DNA of 64,000 nucleotides from Lobosporangium transversale (Eukaryota): NCBI RefSeq assembly GCF_002105155.1, contig NW_019028980.1, positions 1 to 64,000 of the forward strand, read 5' to 3'. Shown piece by piece: positions 1 to 12,138 of this stretch (position 1 is its first letter; each line of letters starts with the position of its first letter). The notes under the pieces were generated by a model. It saw only the letters and a program-made list of their open reading frames with translations, ran no database searches and was not told where the DNA came from. The position numbers and the translations under genes were made by a program.

Positions 1-700
1 GAAGCAATGTTCGAGTACATAGGAATCTCTCTCAATGATGCACTATGCAATAGGTTGAGACTCCACTCAGTAGAAATTGTATTCACATCAACCATCTTAT
101 TGCCACTGTCGATCTACTCAAGTCTCCACTCATTACCTTGTTTCGCCTTTATTTTATTGTTCTTCAAGACGAAGGGCCACACTCCTCGGTGGAATGTTTA
201 GCCGGGGGCGACTTTGTATTTCTTATATAAAAAAGAATTTGAAAAGTCGCCCCATGGTCCATGCGCGTCATAGAGATCCTCGCTCACTTATTAAGGCGAC
301 TGTTCGATGCTTGTTGGTTTTCCAAATCTGCTCTGATTTCACCATAGTTTAGCAGAATTGATTAGCATCCCCTGAATAGCTGCCATCCAAAGGGATTAAC
401 TTCGAATGGACAGGATTTACTGTGTTGTTCAAAACAATAAAACTTGACTGAAAGTCTGCTAATCCTCAAACCATGAGGCAAATAATGCCTCTGAACGCTT
501 CAATAGGATTATGGCGAGCTTTTGGGGTGCAGAAAAGACAAGATTGTCTCTTTTGAGCAATGAAGGATATAGGATTTGTTCCTTGGAGGCAAACTTTTTT
601 AAAACCACGCTTGTTGCTAGTAAAAACACAAATGGTTCCCGTTTTCCGCATACTTTCAGCGCTTCCACAATCCAAGGGCTGTGATGTAGCCATTAAATGT
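1..700 (-). pseudogene. Possible decayed coding sequence of unknown identity, running off the window start
   Basis: One minus frame gives protein-like text broken by scattered stops (…EALKVCGKREPFVFLL…ASWFED*…EDLYDAHGPWGDFSNSFLYKKYKVAPG*TFHRGVWPFVLKNNK…). No family recognised. Confidence 0.3.
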
Positions 701-1215
701 TACATGTTTGTCGAAGTGTTGACACATCCCTTGCAAAAGTTCAGATGTATGCTAAGAATATTGTTTAAGGGACGTAGAGTGGTCAATAGCATGTGGCAGT
801 ATTCAGGTGTTTATACAGTGTAGTGCACATGACCTTTACAGAAATTACAAATGAATAAATTTATTTGGTATCACGTGCACTGGCCATCGATTATATTGCA
901 CTACCACTTACGTATCATGCATTCAGCGTCCCAAAAAATGCACTGTATACCTAGGCTATTTTTATGAAGTTTTCTAGGTACTCAGGCACCTTTTTTTTCA
1001 CCTTTAATGCTGATTGGCGCAAATGAGATCACGCCATGCAAGAAAAGGTTGATTTGTAATGTCAGGAATGAATGAGGATGAAGCTGACAAAAGGAAAGGT
1101 GAGAACAATAAATTGAAGTCCATTTTGCTTCTCATTCTTTCATTCCTCTTTAACTAATCTATCTCACAAAACCACGTCATTATATCTATCTACCCGCTTT
1201 CATATTACTTAAATT

Positions 1216-1878
1216 ATGTCTTCCTCTAACAACACTGCTTCCTCTTCCACCAGCCAAGTTGCTGGCAAAAAACGCGCTCGTGAGGAATTGGAAAACGACA
1301 AGAGCGCAAGTCGCCAGACCTCACCTTCCCTAGAAGGTCCACCTGCTGCCCTAGCGTTCCACTATGTGCCATGGGAACGTCCCACCAAAAATATACACGA
1401 AATCCAGAAGCTCTTTCTTGAGGGTCCATTCTGTACTTTCAGGGAGCGGGAAGACAGTGAGCTTTATCAGGATGGCGATGAAGGGAGTCCTCGCAAGATC
1501 CTCTTTCTAGAGGGAGTGCTAAAACGCGATTTGTCCAGCAAACCCGTGACGCGTGGCAAATTTGAGATTTTCGGGCTTCATGAACCATCGCTGATCAAGC
1601 AGCTGAAGCGTCGTGACCTCAGGCTGATCAAAAACACGGAATTGCAACGGTTAGAAGCGTTAGCTAGGGCCTCGCAACGTGCACCGGCTGCTGTCGTTTC
1701 AGTTGCAACAGAGACTGACCGTCCAGAGTCGACGCTAGAGATGTCAGAACGACAGCTCCGAACGGTTCTCACTGAACTGGAATCAGTTAATGTGGACTCG
1801 CCTCGTAACAAGCTTTTGCAAGAAAAAGCAGCACTGTTGTTAGATGTGTATAGAACCTTTAAACCAGTTGCGGAATAA
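1216..1878 (+). CDS. Orphan intronless 220-aa protein with a basic NLS-like KKRAR and a helical C-terminus
   Basis: Uninterrupted ORF with an ATG after a pyrimidine-rich leader. AATAAA overlaps the stop. It converges on the Crypton ORF with an 88-bp gap. Confidence 0.55.
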   Translation: MSSSNNTASSSTSQVAGKKRAREELENDKSASRQTSPSLEGPPAALAFHYVPWERPTKNIHEIQKLFLEGPFCTFREREDSELYQDGDEGSPRKILFLEGVLKRDLSSKPVTRGKFEIFGLHEPSLIKQLKRRDLRLIKNTELQRLEALARASQRAPAAVVSVATETDRPESTLEMSERQLRTVLTELESVNVDSPRNKLLQEKAALLLDVYRTFKPVAE

Positions 1879-1966
1879 AGTGTTGTTTTCAAAAATATAT
1901 ATTATCATGAGTATAAAAAATTCGTACGGCGGTGCACTTTGGAGAGTACATCAAAACCATAGCTTT

Positions 1967-4282
1967 TTATTTGCCCTTCTTCTTTTGGATAGACTTAAAG
2001 TACGCGTTTGAGGATCCAGCTTGCCTGATTGCAGTATCCATTGTCGTTTTTGCCTTTATAACTCTGTCGTTCAGTGTTGGTCCTTCAGTCTTCAGGACCT
2101 CAGCCAGAGTAGCAAAGATAATTCTTCGCTTGAGCATATACTGGTTCCTAAGATTAGGATTCCAGCCTTTGCGCCAGTCCTTTTGGAACCTATTCAAACT
2201 CCAAATCGATGGCTTTGCCCCCTGGGCCGTAAACCATTCATCCCAAAGAGGAAAAAGAGGGGTGACCCTTGACAACATAGAGAAATTTGGGGCTGCAGCT
2301 CTGACCTGGTCAATTGGGAGCTGCAAGTAAGTCTCTGCAATCTTATCCGCTAAACATTCCAACTTCATTGTTTCCATGGCTTCATTTATCCCTCCATCTT
2401 CCTCTTGTTCCTGCACCTCGGGGTCTACTTGGTCTAGTTGCTCATTTTGGCCTGGTTGCTCGTCTTGGCCTGGTCGCTCATCCTGCTCTGGTTGCTGCTC
2501 CAAAGCATCCATCCCCCTTTGTTCAAATCCCCGCGGCTGCTCCTGGAGATGCTGCCTTGGAGGTATATGATGTATAAGGTCATTCAACTGTTGTTCTTGC
2601 TCTTTCGCTTGACGCTGCTCTTGTTGCGTCAGAATGCGATGCTCGTTCTCCATATCACTAGCTAAATGCCCAAAAGACCTGGCGGTTGTCTTCGTAAGGT
2701 TCGACATTACAGTTTGAAGCCCTTGTACGATGGTTATCATCTCACGATGCATATGACTGCATGTTCTAGACCAGCCAGCATTACTATTCTCCGCTGTAGC
2801 TTGGAGTGCGCCCATAAAATCATCACGTACGTAATGATCCAAAGATGACACGCTCGATTTGATGGCTTGAAGCTCTTGATGGATGACTGGAGCATTGAAA
2901 CGGAGACTGTCGTTTGTTGGTGATTGTGTCTTCTGCATGGCATCGTGAAGTCGCAAAGAAAACTCTTGGAACAGTTGCGACGAAAACACAGGGTTACTAG
3001 TGAAAACGTGGTGCTGGCTGTAGATACACAATGGATCGCCATTGCACGCCATCAGAGCAACTGCATCTTGTAAAATAACCTTGCGCAAGTGGGCTAGGAT
3101 AAGCATGATTCGCATGGCTGGAATGTACTCAGCTGGATAAGGTACTGACTCATTGTCAGGACGATTCAGATCTTCGGGACGATCCATCATAACGTTCTCC
3201 ATCCATCTGGCCCAATCGACATTGTCTGGAAACAGCTCCTCAATGAATGGAAAGATTTGCTTCTGTAATTCAACAGGCGGTATAACGGTGTTCCGCGGAA
3301 GCCAGAAATCCTCATTCTCGTGGAGAAATCCGGCCATTTTAAATGGTACAGTCTGCGCTACCGGACTAAGGTAATGCGTTACCAAGCGGCGATGGTTCCA
3401 ATTACCATGTTGGGCAATATCTTCGATGCTAGCCCCATTGGCTTGCGCATGTTGCGCCCCAGCCTTACGGCCACTATGAGTAACCTTGGATGATGTGTAA
3501 TGCGCTAGCTTCATCACCTCGCTTAGAGATCTGAGTATGGCTATGCTATTGGTTAGGAAACAGAGTACAAAAACTTCATGTAATGGCGTATTTGCATTTC
3601 TGATAATTTCACTTGCCTGTAGAGAGTCGCAGCATCCATCGCTTTGTATTTGTCAGAGGCATGTACAAGGTACTGGGATTTCCAGTCATGCATGCGGAAA
3701 TTTGGAGTAGATTCTTTCGTCTGTTGTGTAAGGTAAAGGGGTATTTTAATCATGGATGAATATTAATAGACAGCTTATATGCTGAGTTAATCTTCAACAG
3801 CAACCCATAGAAGCAGCCAATACGTACCATCCACTGCTCGAATAGATAAAAAGCGAGGCATCCAACAGGGCAAATCTCTACGTCCTTGTTACGAATAAAT
3901 ACAGAATGGAGCGTATGATCATTGTTCATTTTTCCTTGAGGGATTGCTATTACAATCCCAAGTGCGAACTGGTGTCCATTTCCAGCAGTCGCAAAGTGGT
4001 GGGGAAATAAGTGGCTCACTAAGGCATCTCGTATACTTTGTCCCCGAGTGATCATAAAATGATTAAATGCAAAACACAGACGATTACGCGCGCCAACTAG
4101 CTTCTGTGTCCTGGAGACAGCACTCAGATGCTTATAGCTCCTGCTCCACGAGATCTTCATAAATTTCTTGAACATAGATAGAGGATATCCCGCACCAACT
4201 GTCAGTTGCAGAACGTCCTGGGACGACGTTCTTTTGTTCTGGTTCAAAAGTAACGTTCATAATCTGTTTCTAGCTCTGCTGA
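1967..4282 (-). mobile_element. Crypton-type (Ndc10-like) tyrosine recombinase with C-terminal GCR1_C-like domain; 5' end apparently disrupted
   Basis: Spliced exons ~4282-3828, 3720-3617 and 3530-1967 give ITRGQSIR (R), IPQGKMN (K), IRNKDVEICPVGCLAFYLF, KVTHSGR (HxxR), QHGNW and THYL (Y). The C-terminus LWDEWFTAQGAKPSIWSLNRFQKDWRK…YMLKRRII matches the GCR1_C pattern. An apparent frameshift lies near 4250 (DYERY/LNQNK). Confidence 0.85.
2425..2500 (-). repeat. ~18-bp coding tandem repeat (Q-D-E-x-P-G units) inside the Crypton ORF
   Basis: Translation EQQPEQDERPGQDEQPGQNEQLDQVDPE; plus strand repeats ctc(a/g)t..tggcctgg. Confidence 0.6.
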
Positions 4283-5089
4283 TATAAAAAAAAAAAATAA
4301 ATAAATAAAGAAAGAAGGCGTGAGACTGAGGCCATAGAGGGTCGGCGTACGGCTCTAAGCAAATGGGATACATAATGGGTCCTTTGCTCAGAAGCACTCC
4401 TACTCTCTTAGAGGGTGTTGGTATTGCGTTTTATTGAATCCATCTTTTTTTTTTTCTAAAGGGGTTACGGGGACAAGAGACAGGAACGCCGAGAAAGTAA
4501 ATGAGTGAGTGGGAAGGAGAGCTTACTCGGTTTAGAAGGGTTTGGAAAGGTGTTGGGTGTAGCAATGAAGAAGGAAGAAAAGGAATGCATGAATGCATGA
4601 GACATTTTTTTTTTTTTTTTTTTTTTCCCAGTATAGCCTGGGAGGTATTTGCAGAGGTTACAAGCAGGATTACAATTGGTGCGAAAACACAGTCACATAT
4701 ATACTTATTGAATACAAATTTTGTAATTTAAATTGTTAAGATTTCATTTTGTAATCCGATTACAGCAAACTACCGTTTCAGTATCGCCATTAAAGTTCTC
4801 TTGATAAAATTCATCGGGCTGGTTATAGTCACATGACACATCACGGGGCTTGCCTCTCAACAGCCCTTAATTTTTTTTTTTTTTTTTTTTTTTGTCAAAT
4901 TGGTACACTACGAATGTTGAATGTTGTTATTTTTTTAATATTGGCTGTCCACTGTTGTTGGTGTTTGCGCCTTTTTTTTTTCTCTTCCTCCGCCATCCAC
5001 TCGCTCTACTGAATCTCTCTCTCGCTCTCTCGCTTCCTCTCTTCCTTCCCCTCTCTTTTTCAACCTATCCACAACTCTACTTTGTTGTT

Positions 5090-5132
5090 TTTCTTCTCTT
5101 CTCTTCTCTTCTCTTCTCTTCTCTTCTCTTCT
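5090..5132. repeat. (CTTCT)n pentanucleotide microsatellite
   Basis: Directly visible upstream of the Cti6-like start codon. Confidence 0.85.
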
Positions 5133-5371
5133 CTGCACTGGTTCATTCTTTTGTTCATTCAACTTGTTCAAGTCAGCTCTTTTTTTTGTCCTCGTTCTAA
5201 GTGAATCTTCCTTGTCTTGTCTTCGTCGCCTTTCACTCGATCCTCCTTCATTTTTCATCCGCATCCATCCTCACCTACCTCCAAAAAACCATTTCATATT
5301 CTATTTCCTTATTTTCGAACGACTACATTTTGCAATTAGCACTCTTAACTCTTTATTCGAGAAAAAATACA

Positions 5372-8300
5372 ATGGGTACGCTCATTCTTTTTTGTACTCG
5401 CTGGCAAAATGTTGATAGTCATACTCCACCTGCAACCACGATTCATCTGTAGACTGCAAACTTCAATGGCATAATTTAACCACTAACTGTTGGTCTTCTT
5501 TCTATAACTACCGTCAATATAGCATCTCCCCGAAGAAGCAACCGTGGTGGGCACTCCAAGGGTAGAAAGAAAGAAGAGGATGATGATGGTGGTCAGACTC
5601 GCTGTGTCTGCAATCAACAACGTAAGTATCCATACCACAAGCTTGGAAATATCCTTTTTGTCATTATGTATGAGGAAATGAGTGTGTTCGTCTGATGGCA
5701 ATGAATGAGAGCAAAACAGAATCCAAAACAATTGTTTGTTCTACATTATTATCTCTCCTGGCTGTCTGCCTGTGTTTGTTTCTGTCTCTGCCTTGATTCC
5801 TCCCTTCACTCTCTTATCCTGTTCCGACTCTGCCTTGACCCTCGCCTGTCTGTTTAGTATTGTTCCACCCCTTGTACCGCCTATTGCCTCTGTTTGCTCT
5901 TCCATTCAATCCTATTCTTCCTTCTCATTCTCCCATCCATCCATTACCTTGTCCGGAAGCGGCTGGCGATTGTCACTTTTTTTTGTAATTGCATTTGCAA
6001 TTTTTATTCAGCTTTTTGTATAAGCCTTGTGTTAGCCTAATGTCTTTCCTTCGACACAACATTTCAAGCTTGTAGTAGCAAAAGGAGAAGTAATGAAAGG
6101 AGGGAAAAAAAAAAGAGTGGACCAAAAACTGCACTTGCGAGCTGACTCTGGACCATTCATGGGGTTTGATTTTTTTTATATTTCCGAATATGCTATGACG
6201 AATCTGTTGACTGTGGCCGCATCAGTTTTTTTACCCAATCGGACCTGTCCAAAACCACAAGCATTTCACTAACACAAGCGGCACAATACACAAATACAAA
6301 GCATTAAACCATATTACCGTTAGTTGGTCAGGGATTTCTTTGTTCTTCGCACACATTTCATTCCCCTTCATTATGCTAATCTGTATGTTCTTTGAATGCT
6401 TTTAATAGATCATGAAGGGGTTATGATTCAATGTGAGACATGTAAAGTATGGCAGCACTGCCCATGCGTTGGACTAGGCAATGGCGAGGTCACTCCAGAC
6501 AAATATTATTGCGAGTCATGTCAACCCGATAACCACCCCTACAAGGTTGTTCATGGACAGCTGTAAGTCATTTAACCCTAAAAATGTATGCACTATCGCT
6601 TACGCCGTTACGTTTTTTAAAGACTAATGGCTTTGTTTTGTTTGTATTTAACGTAGTATTTCAAACTCAAAATCAAGCTCAACTCAAAAACCTACTAAAA
6701 AGAGAAGCACTATGAATTCTAAAGAAGCATCCATTCCTGTGGATCTGATGTTGGCTCAGCAGAAGTGGAATGAGGAGCATCAGGATGAGCTCGAGGAAGA
6801 ATATGCGCAACGCTTCGCCACCAAGAGGCGGAAAAAGACGGAGAGCATCGGCTCAGATATTAATGTTGAGACTCATCCACAAGACCAGACATCAAACGAG
6901 CACACATCCTCTTCAACTTCTGCATCCGCCACATCCTCATCATCCGAAAAGAAAAAAGATAAGACTTCTGGACCACCATTTTCTTCAGCAAATAATGCCA
7001 CAGGAGTAGCAGGTCTGTCAGCAAATCTCAGCTCTTCTTCCTCTTCTCCAAAAACATCATCATCCAATAACGGACGCATAAGTTTGGGCAAGAAGTCCTC
7101 CGCCAAGTCAGTATCCAAGGCACGGTCACGTTCTAATTCCCCAAATATGAACGGGCACAGCAGTCATAACGAGGATCAAGACGGCTCTACTGCAGTGAGT
7201 ACCAAGACTGGATATAGTGCTGATGGGGAAGACACTAAGCGAAGTGTCTCTGTGGACAATGCAGTCTCTTCAAGCAAGCGAAGAAAGACGAACTCCAAAT
7301 CAGAGATGACAATCCACTCTGAGTCAAACTCGCCTGAGGAAGAAGATGAGTTCACTGGCAAGAATGATTTGAGCGCAGACTATTCAGGTTTGTTCACGTG
7401 CAGTCCACCACCTAGACATTTTTTTTTTCTAAACACACCCTGTTAACAAAGCTTTTACTTTTTTTATATTCAATTTCTATAGAACATCATCCAAAATCCC
7501 GTAAAACAGGAAACTATTTGCGGGGTAATAAGCGAAATGCTAGTACCAACGATGATCATGATTACTTAAGCGAAAGTTCACCTTCTGTAACCTCACCTGC
7601 TTTGGCCAGCAAAAAATCATTTGCTAAGCGAAGTGGTGACCGTGGACAGGGCACAAAAAATGGATCACGTCACACAACACCTGTACCAGGTCATGAAGGC
7701 ACTCTTCAGCCAATGGCTCCCACCCCACCGGCAACAGTCCGATACCCATCCTCAAAGATGACGATTCAGGAAATGACCAGGCGTGCTAAGCAGCTTCTCG
7801 AATATATTTCTCGTATGCAAATTGACATGGCGGACCGCAAGAATAAGACCATATCCCAATCTCCACAAGATTCAAAGGAGTATGCAACAAAGTTAAAAGA
7901 TATGAACGATGAACTGTCATTGTTCCGCTTGCCGGCATCTGCATCAAATGCCTCTTCTTTGATCCATGGTGACAGTCAAGTGTGCCCTGATTTGTCCCGA
8001 TCAAGCATGGATAGCACCTCATCTCTAGATAGCATACATGAGCCAAGAAGTCCTGTTGATACTAAGGTCTCTATCAAGGAAACTTGTAGTGCTAAAGAGA
8101 TGACTATTAAGGTCATTCCTCTAGATGTACATGACCAGCTTCCATTGTTATCGACTCCACCGTTGTCTGTCCATGATCGTCAGCATCAACACCATCGCCA
8201 TGGTTCTGGATCGCCAGAGTCTGATGCTACTCATGAACCTCTTACACCACCCCACAATCCTCTGGAAAGTCATGACGACGATCTATCGCACTGTAGGGAT

Positions 8301-8414
8301 TCTGGATCTGCTGTAACCAAGTTGGAACCCGCACCGACCACCAGCCTTGAACTGATGGACAAATTGACTGGTGATTTGATTCGCTTCCAAGAAAAGTTTG
8401 GTGTACATGCATAA
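5372..8414 (+). CDS. CTI6: Cti6-like PHD-finger protein (Rpd3L histone deacetylase complex subunit-like), 5 coding exons
   Basis: Exons 5372-5375, 5523-5621, 6409-6562, 6657-7387 and 7483-8414 splice in frame. PHD: TRCVCNQQHHEGVMIQCETCKVWQHCPCVG…YYCESC. Cti6-type motifs KRSTMNS, EMTRRAKQLLEYISRMQ and terminal LELMDKLTGDLIRFQEKFG. Confidence 0.8.
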
Positions 8415-9454
8415 CATGTCACCAATCCATAGCTTGGTCTGCTATCCTTTTCATTTGTTTTTCATTCTCGATTTTATTTCTTTCAACACTTATCTTCAAT
8501 GCATATTTGCGTTTGTATTTTTATTTTGTTTCTCCGTCCTCTTTTCCATGTGCGTCATGGATACTTCATATCATTCTATATCATTTTTAATTTTACGCAG
8601 TGCATAGGAAGTTTGTCAATTACTAGGAACAAAGATACTTTTTAGTCCTAATATTTTGCTGAAAACTTTTAGGACACAACGCTGGGAATCTTTTTTTTTT
8701 TTTTTTTTTTTTTTTAGTCATAGTTTTTGCATTTTTGTTTTGTTTTTCATCTTAATGTATATCATCACTGCAGAAACTTGGCCCGCTCTACTTGATGGGG
8801 TGCACCACCACCAACCCCTGTACATTTAATAAAAGAGTAAAAAATCATTCATTCTTGGTTACTAAACGGTGCTCTGTTGGCCAGTAAAAAGTATGCCTTC
8901 TGACAAACATGTGGCAATGCCATGAGTAAAGCTGTGCACGTACGCTGCGGAATATGGCGCCTTTCACCAGAATGTCAGAATGCCAGATCACAATTGGTCT
9001 GTGCTGTGTGCATCATACGCTAGAGTTTAGAACAATGTAAATCACGAAGCCTTTGGCCTGATAGAAAAAGTAGCTTATACACTCTGTGTGGCGTTAAAAA
9101 AAAAAAAAAAAAAAAAAAAGATAACGGAGCATGATAAGCTTGAACATCCCGTAGTGCGCTCCGGACAACTTTTTTTTTTATTTATTTTAGTCCCTGCTAG
9201 TTTTAACTATAACTATAAGCAAGCAAAAAAGATGGCAAAGCGACTACTTTATGGAATTATTGGGGAAACACATGTAGGAAAAAATGCTGTATAAAAAATG
9301 AAAATAAGCTTCCAGGCTCTTTTCCATGCCTCTGTTCAGGAACAACAAGGTCTTTTTTTTTTTTTTTTTTTTTTGCGAAATATAACAAAGGTAAATGGGT
9401 ATATGGGCAGAAATGGTACAGTGTATACGTTCCCCCCCCCTTTCACCAGTTGCT

Positions 9455-11305
9455 TTAGTACTTCATCCTACTATCAAATGTCATCCATGGCTTTTGTTGT
9501 TGCAGAAACTCTTTAATTTTTACAAGTCGGTCTCCAGCTTGCAAAGGCTGTATCGTCAAACCCCTAAGGCCTTTCCAATAATTCAACATCCATTGTGCCT
9601 CTCGTAAGCCTATCTTATCATTGGGACAATTGGCTAAATCCACCCATTTTAACCGTTTCAGCTCACTCAACCAACCAAGAACTCGCCTTCTACCGCCGCT
9701 TCTGTTACTGTCATTGCTGTTGTAAGTAAGGTTACTGTTCGTTTCTTCTAAAAGCAGTAGGTCCGATGGCGAATCCAGCCGGAAGCTCTCAAGACTCCTC
9801 AGCCTACCGATCTGCTGGAATAACTGATTCAGACGTCTATCCTTAATTATATTTGAATCAGTGTTACTTTGATCAATTAATAGCTCTACATCCTCTACCA
9901 TCGTCACTAAGCGTAATATTAGCTGCTTTAACCCAAGGCAAGACCATGGTGCCAGCAACTGTGGCGATGATAGCTCAAGATTGCTCCTGTCATTAGTTTC
10001 ATTAGAGCCTTGAGAAACGACAGACTTCCTGCTATTGATATAATCTTGATCCACAATGTTGTTGCTTGTAAAACAATTAAGGACCAGTAGGTTTGGGAGT
10101 TGGTTCAGAAGATCGGAGAGCAATGTCAGCTCAATACAGTTACGGAAAATCGAAAGTATGAGAGATGTTAACGTTTTGGCATGGTATTGGCCCAGAGCCA
10201 GGAGATATGCCCGTTGTCTAACCAAAGAAGAGTCCATGAAAGATACAAGTCCCTTATTTGCCTGTTTTGCCGCTATGGCTTTGTTTTGACTACTGACGAG
10301 AGTGCTTGCGCCCGCATGTTTGTCAGTACCAAGAGATCGTATGAAGTCATAAATCTTGTAGTGTTTGATACGGTCTTGCAACTTTAGATGTTGAAGAGAA
10401 GAACATTTGTCAGCCCTGAATAGTACGGCTATTTGGTCGAATGCGTCGTTTGATATGATGTCTGCTCGTATGGACAATGTTTCCAGTGACGAGGATCGTT
10501 CTAATAGCCAGATCCAAATTGGTAATTCTTGACAGTGCTCAGAGAGCCTGAGGCTCAAGTTCCGGATCCGAGATTGCTTTGTTGGTGGTAATTGCGTTGA
10601 ATCCAGTAGTGATGTTCGATCCTCTTCTTGTGATTCTTTTCCTGACCCCAGTCCATTATGAACTGCTATATTATCATTACTACTCATGAGCATTTTTACA
10701 TCGCCGTTATATCGCGAAATGTGAAGAGCCTCAAGGTCAAGGACGGTGCATCGAAGACAATGCTGCACCAGCTGAGCTAGAAATGGTATTTCTACTGCCT
10801 GTGAGATCGTTAGAGTGAGGCTTGACAAACTTGGGTGGGTTTGCAAGGTCCGTGGTAGTTGATATTGAATACCATCTGTGACTAGACCATGGAAGAGGTG
10901 TAGTGTATCGAGCACAGGCGAATTGTCAATAAACTCATACAGGAGCTCTTCTTCTGAGGTGCCAGGGTTTAGTAAAATCACATAAAGTTTTTGGAGACGA
11001 GGAAACGAGCAGCCATCCGTTGGAGTAGAAAGGATTTGAGTCGTGATGGTTGACAAAGTTCGGGTGTATTGGTGATGGCGCAGGATGGCGGCGGCTCGTT
11101 CTGGGTGATACATGGGTAGATACCCTTGTACCTGAATGGGCATCAGTAGACTTGGGACATAGTGCACATGGCTCCAGAAACTGGGTGTAAACCAATGATA
11201 CCATGTTTTTGATACGAGAACACACATAGCGATGTCCTTCTGAGTCAGGTACTCAGTTAGGTAGTTCCTGAGCAAGGAATTGTCAAAAAAGGATGTCATC
11301 GACAT
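9455..11305 (-). CDS. Intronless F-box/LRR (RNI-like) protein
   Basis: N-terminal F-box-like YLTQKDIAMCVLVSKTWYHWFTPSFW, leucine-rich repeats, and C-terminal WSCLGLKQL…QIGRLRSLE…EAQWMLNYWKGL. Likely start is MSMTSFF at 11305. Confidence 0.75.
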   Translation of the reverse strand: MSMTSFFDNSLLRNYLTEYLTQKDIAMCVLVSKTWYHWFTPSFWSHVHYVPSLLMPIQVQGYLPMYHPERAAAILRHHQYTRTLSTITTQILSTPTDGCSFPRLQKLYVILLNPGTSEEELLYEFIDNSPVLDTLHLFHGLVTDGIQYQLPRTLQTHPSLSSLTLTISQAVEIPFLAQLVQHCLRCTVLDLEALHISRYNGDVKMLMSSNDNIAVHNGLGSGKESQEEDRTSLLDSTQLPPTKQSRIRNLSLRLSEHCQELPIWIWLLERSSSLETLSIRADIISNDAFDQIAVLFRADKCSSLQHLKLQDRIKHYKIYDFIRSLGTDKHAGASTLVSSQNKAIAAKQANKGLVSFMDSSLVRQRAYLLALGQYHAKTLTSLILSIFRNCIELTLLSDLLNQLPNLLVLNCFTSNNIVDQDYINSRKSVVSQGSNETNDRSNLELSSPQLLAPWSCLGLKQLILRLVTMVEDVELLIDQSNTDSNIIKDRRLNQLFQQIGRLRSLESFRLDSPSDLLLLEETNSNLTYNSNDSNRSGGRRRVLGWLSELKRLKWVDLANCPNDKIGLREAQWMLNYWKGLRGLTIQPLQAGDRLVKIKEFLQQQKPWMTFDSRMKY

Positions 11306-12138
11306 GGCGGAAAGAATGTGAAATGAACAGTGATGGGATGAAAGAACGACGTGGGACACGCGACAAAATAAACTTTTTGTGTTGACCACTACACAAAAAA
11401 AAAGGTTAATATTCTTGTAGGTCTTTCCGTGGCCACTTGGCTGACAAGAAACGAGCAATTACATATGCGTAGAAGATGATAACGAGGGAAATAGACTCTG
11501 AGACAAACTGAGGGCCGTAACAACTATCCTGATTTCTCATGTGCAGGCCTAGTCCAGATTTTTTTTTCTTTGAGACGCGTTTTTAGTTTCCATGTAAGGA
11601 TGCAAAAACAAAAAAGATAGTAAAAAAGAATGGTTTCTTGCTCCTACGGCCCATTTTCTTGGAAAACTGCGCGCCTTACTGAGTTTTATTTTTTATTTTT
11701 GGAAATGATATCACTTTCAACTCGGTTTACATTGACTGGTGATAATCTTCTGTGGAGTGGGCTAAGCAAGCGATTCGATCAGGCAGAGACGAGTTCTAGG
11801 CTTGGACCGACTTATAACAATCTAAATTCAGCGTACACGATGGTCCGGCACCATAGATGAACTTTGAAATCCTTATTCTTGAGAAGATCTAAGTGGAATT
11901 TTTCGGGAGCTGCGCAGTGCAAATGATCTTTTGTCGGCTTTTGCATGCAATTAAACAAATCAACTTTCTGGCATGATATACTCACGGTTCTCCGTGTTCC
12001 CTATAGCAATCTGCAACAAGAAATAAAAAGCCTAAATAATTAACGGATGAGAATTTAAAAAACCCACTGTTATTTTTTTTCTTCATTCACTTCTCATTCA
12101 TCTTTTTTTTTTTTTTTTTTTTTTTTTCCCTTAAAAAA

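Noticed and set aside
821..4840. Similar motifs TAGTGCACATGAC (821) and TAGTCACATGAC (4826) as Crypton terminal direct repeats
   Set aside because: Imperfect and built on a common CACATG E-box-like core; cannot be distinguished from chance.
4935..5264. 109-aa R/E/K-rich ORF, and similar ORFs at 14733-15056 and 23388-23732
   Set aside because: They are translations of microsatellites and homopolymer tracts.
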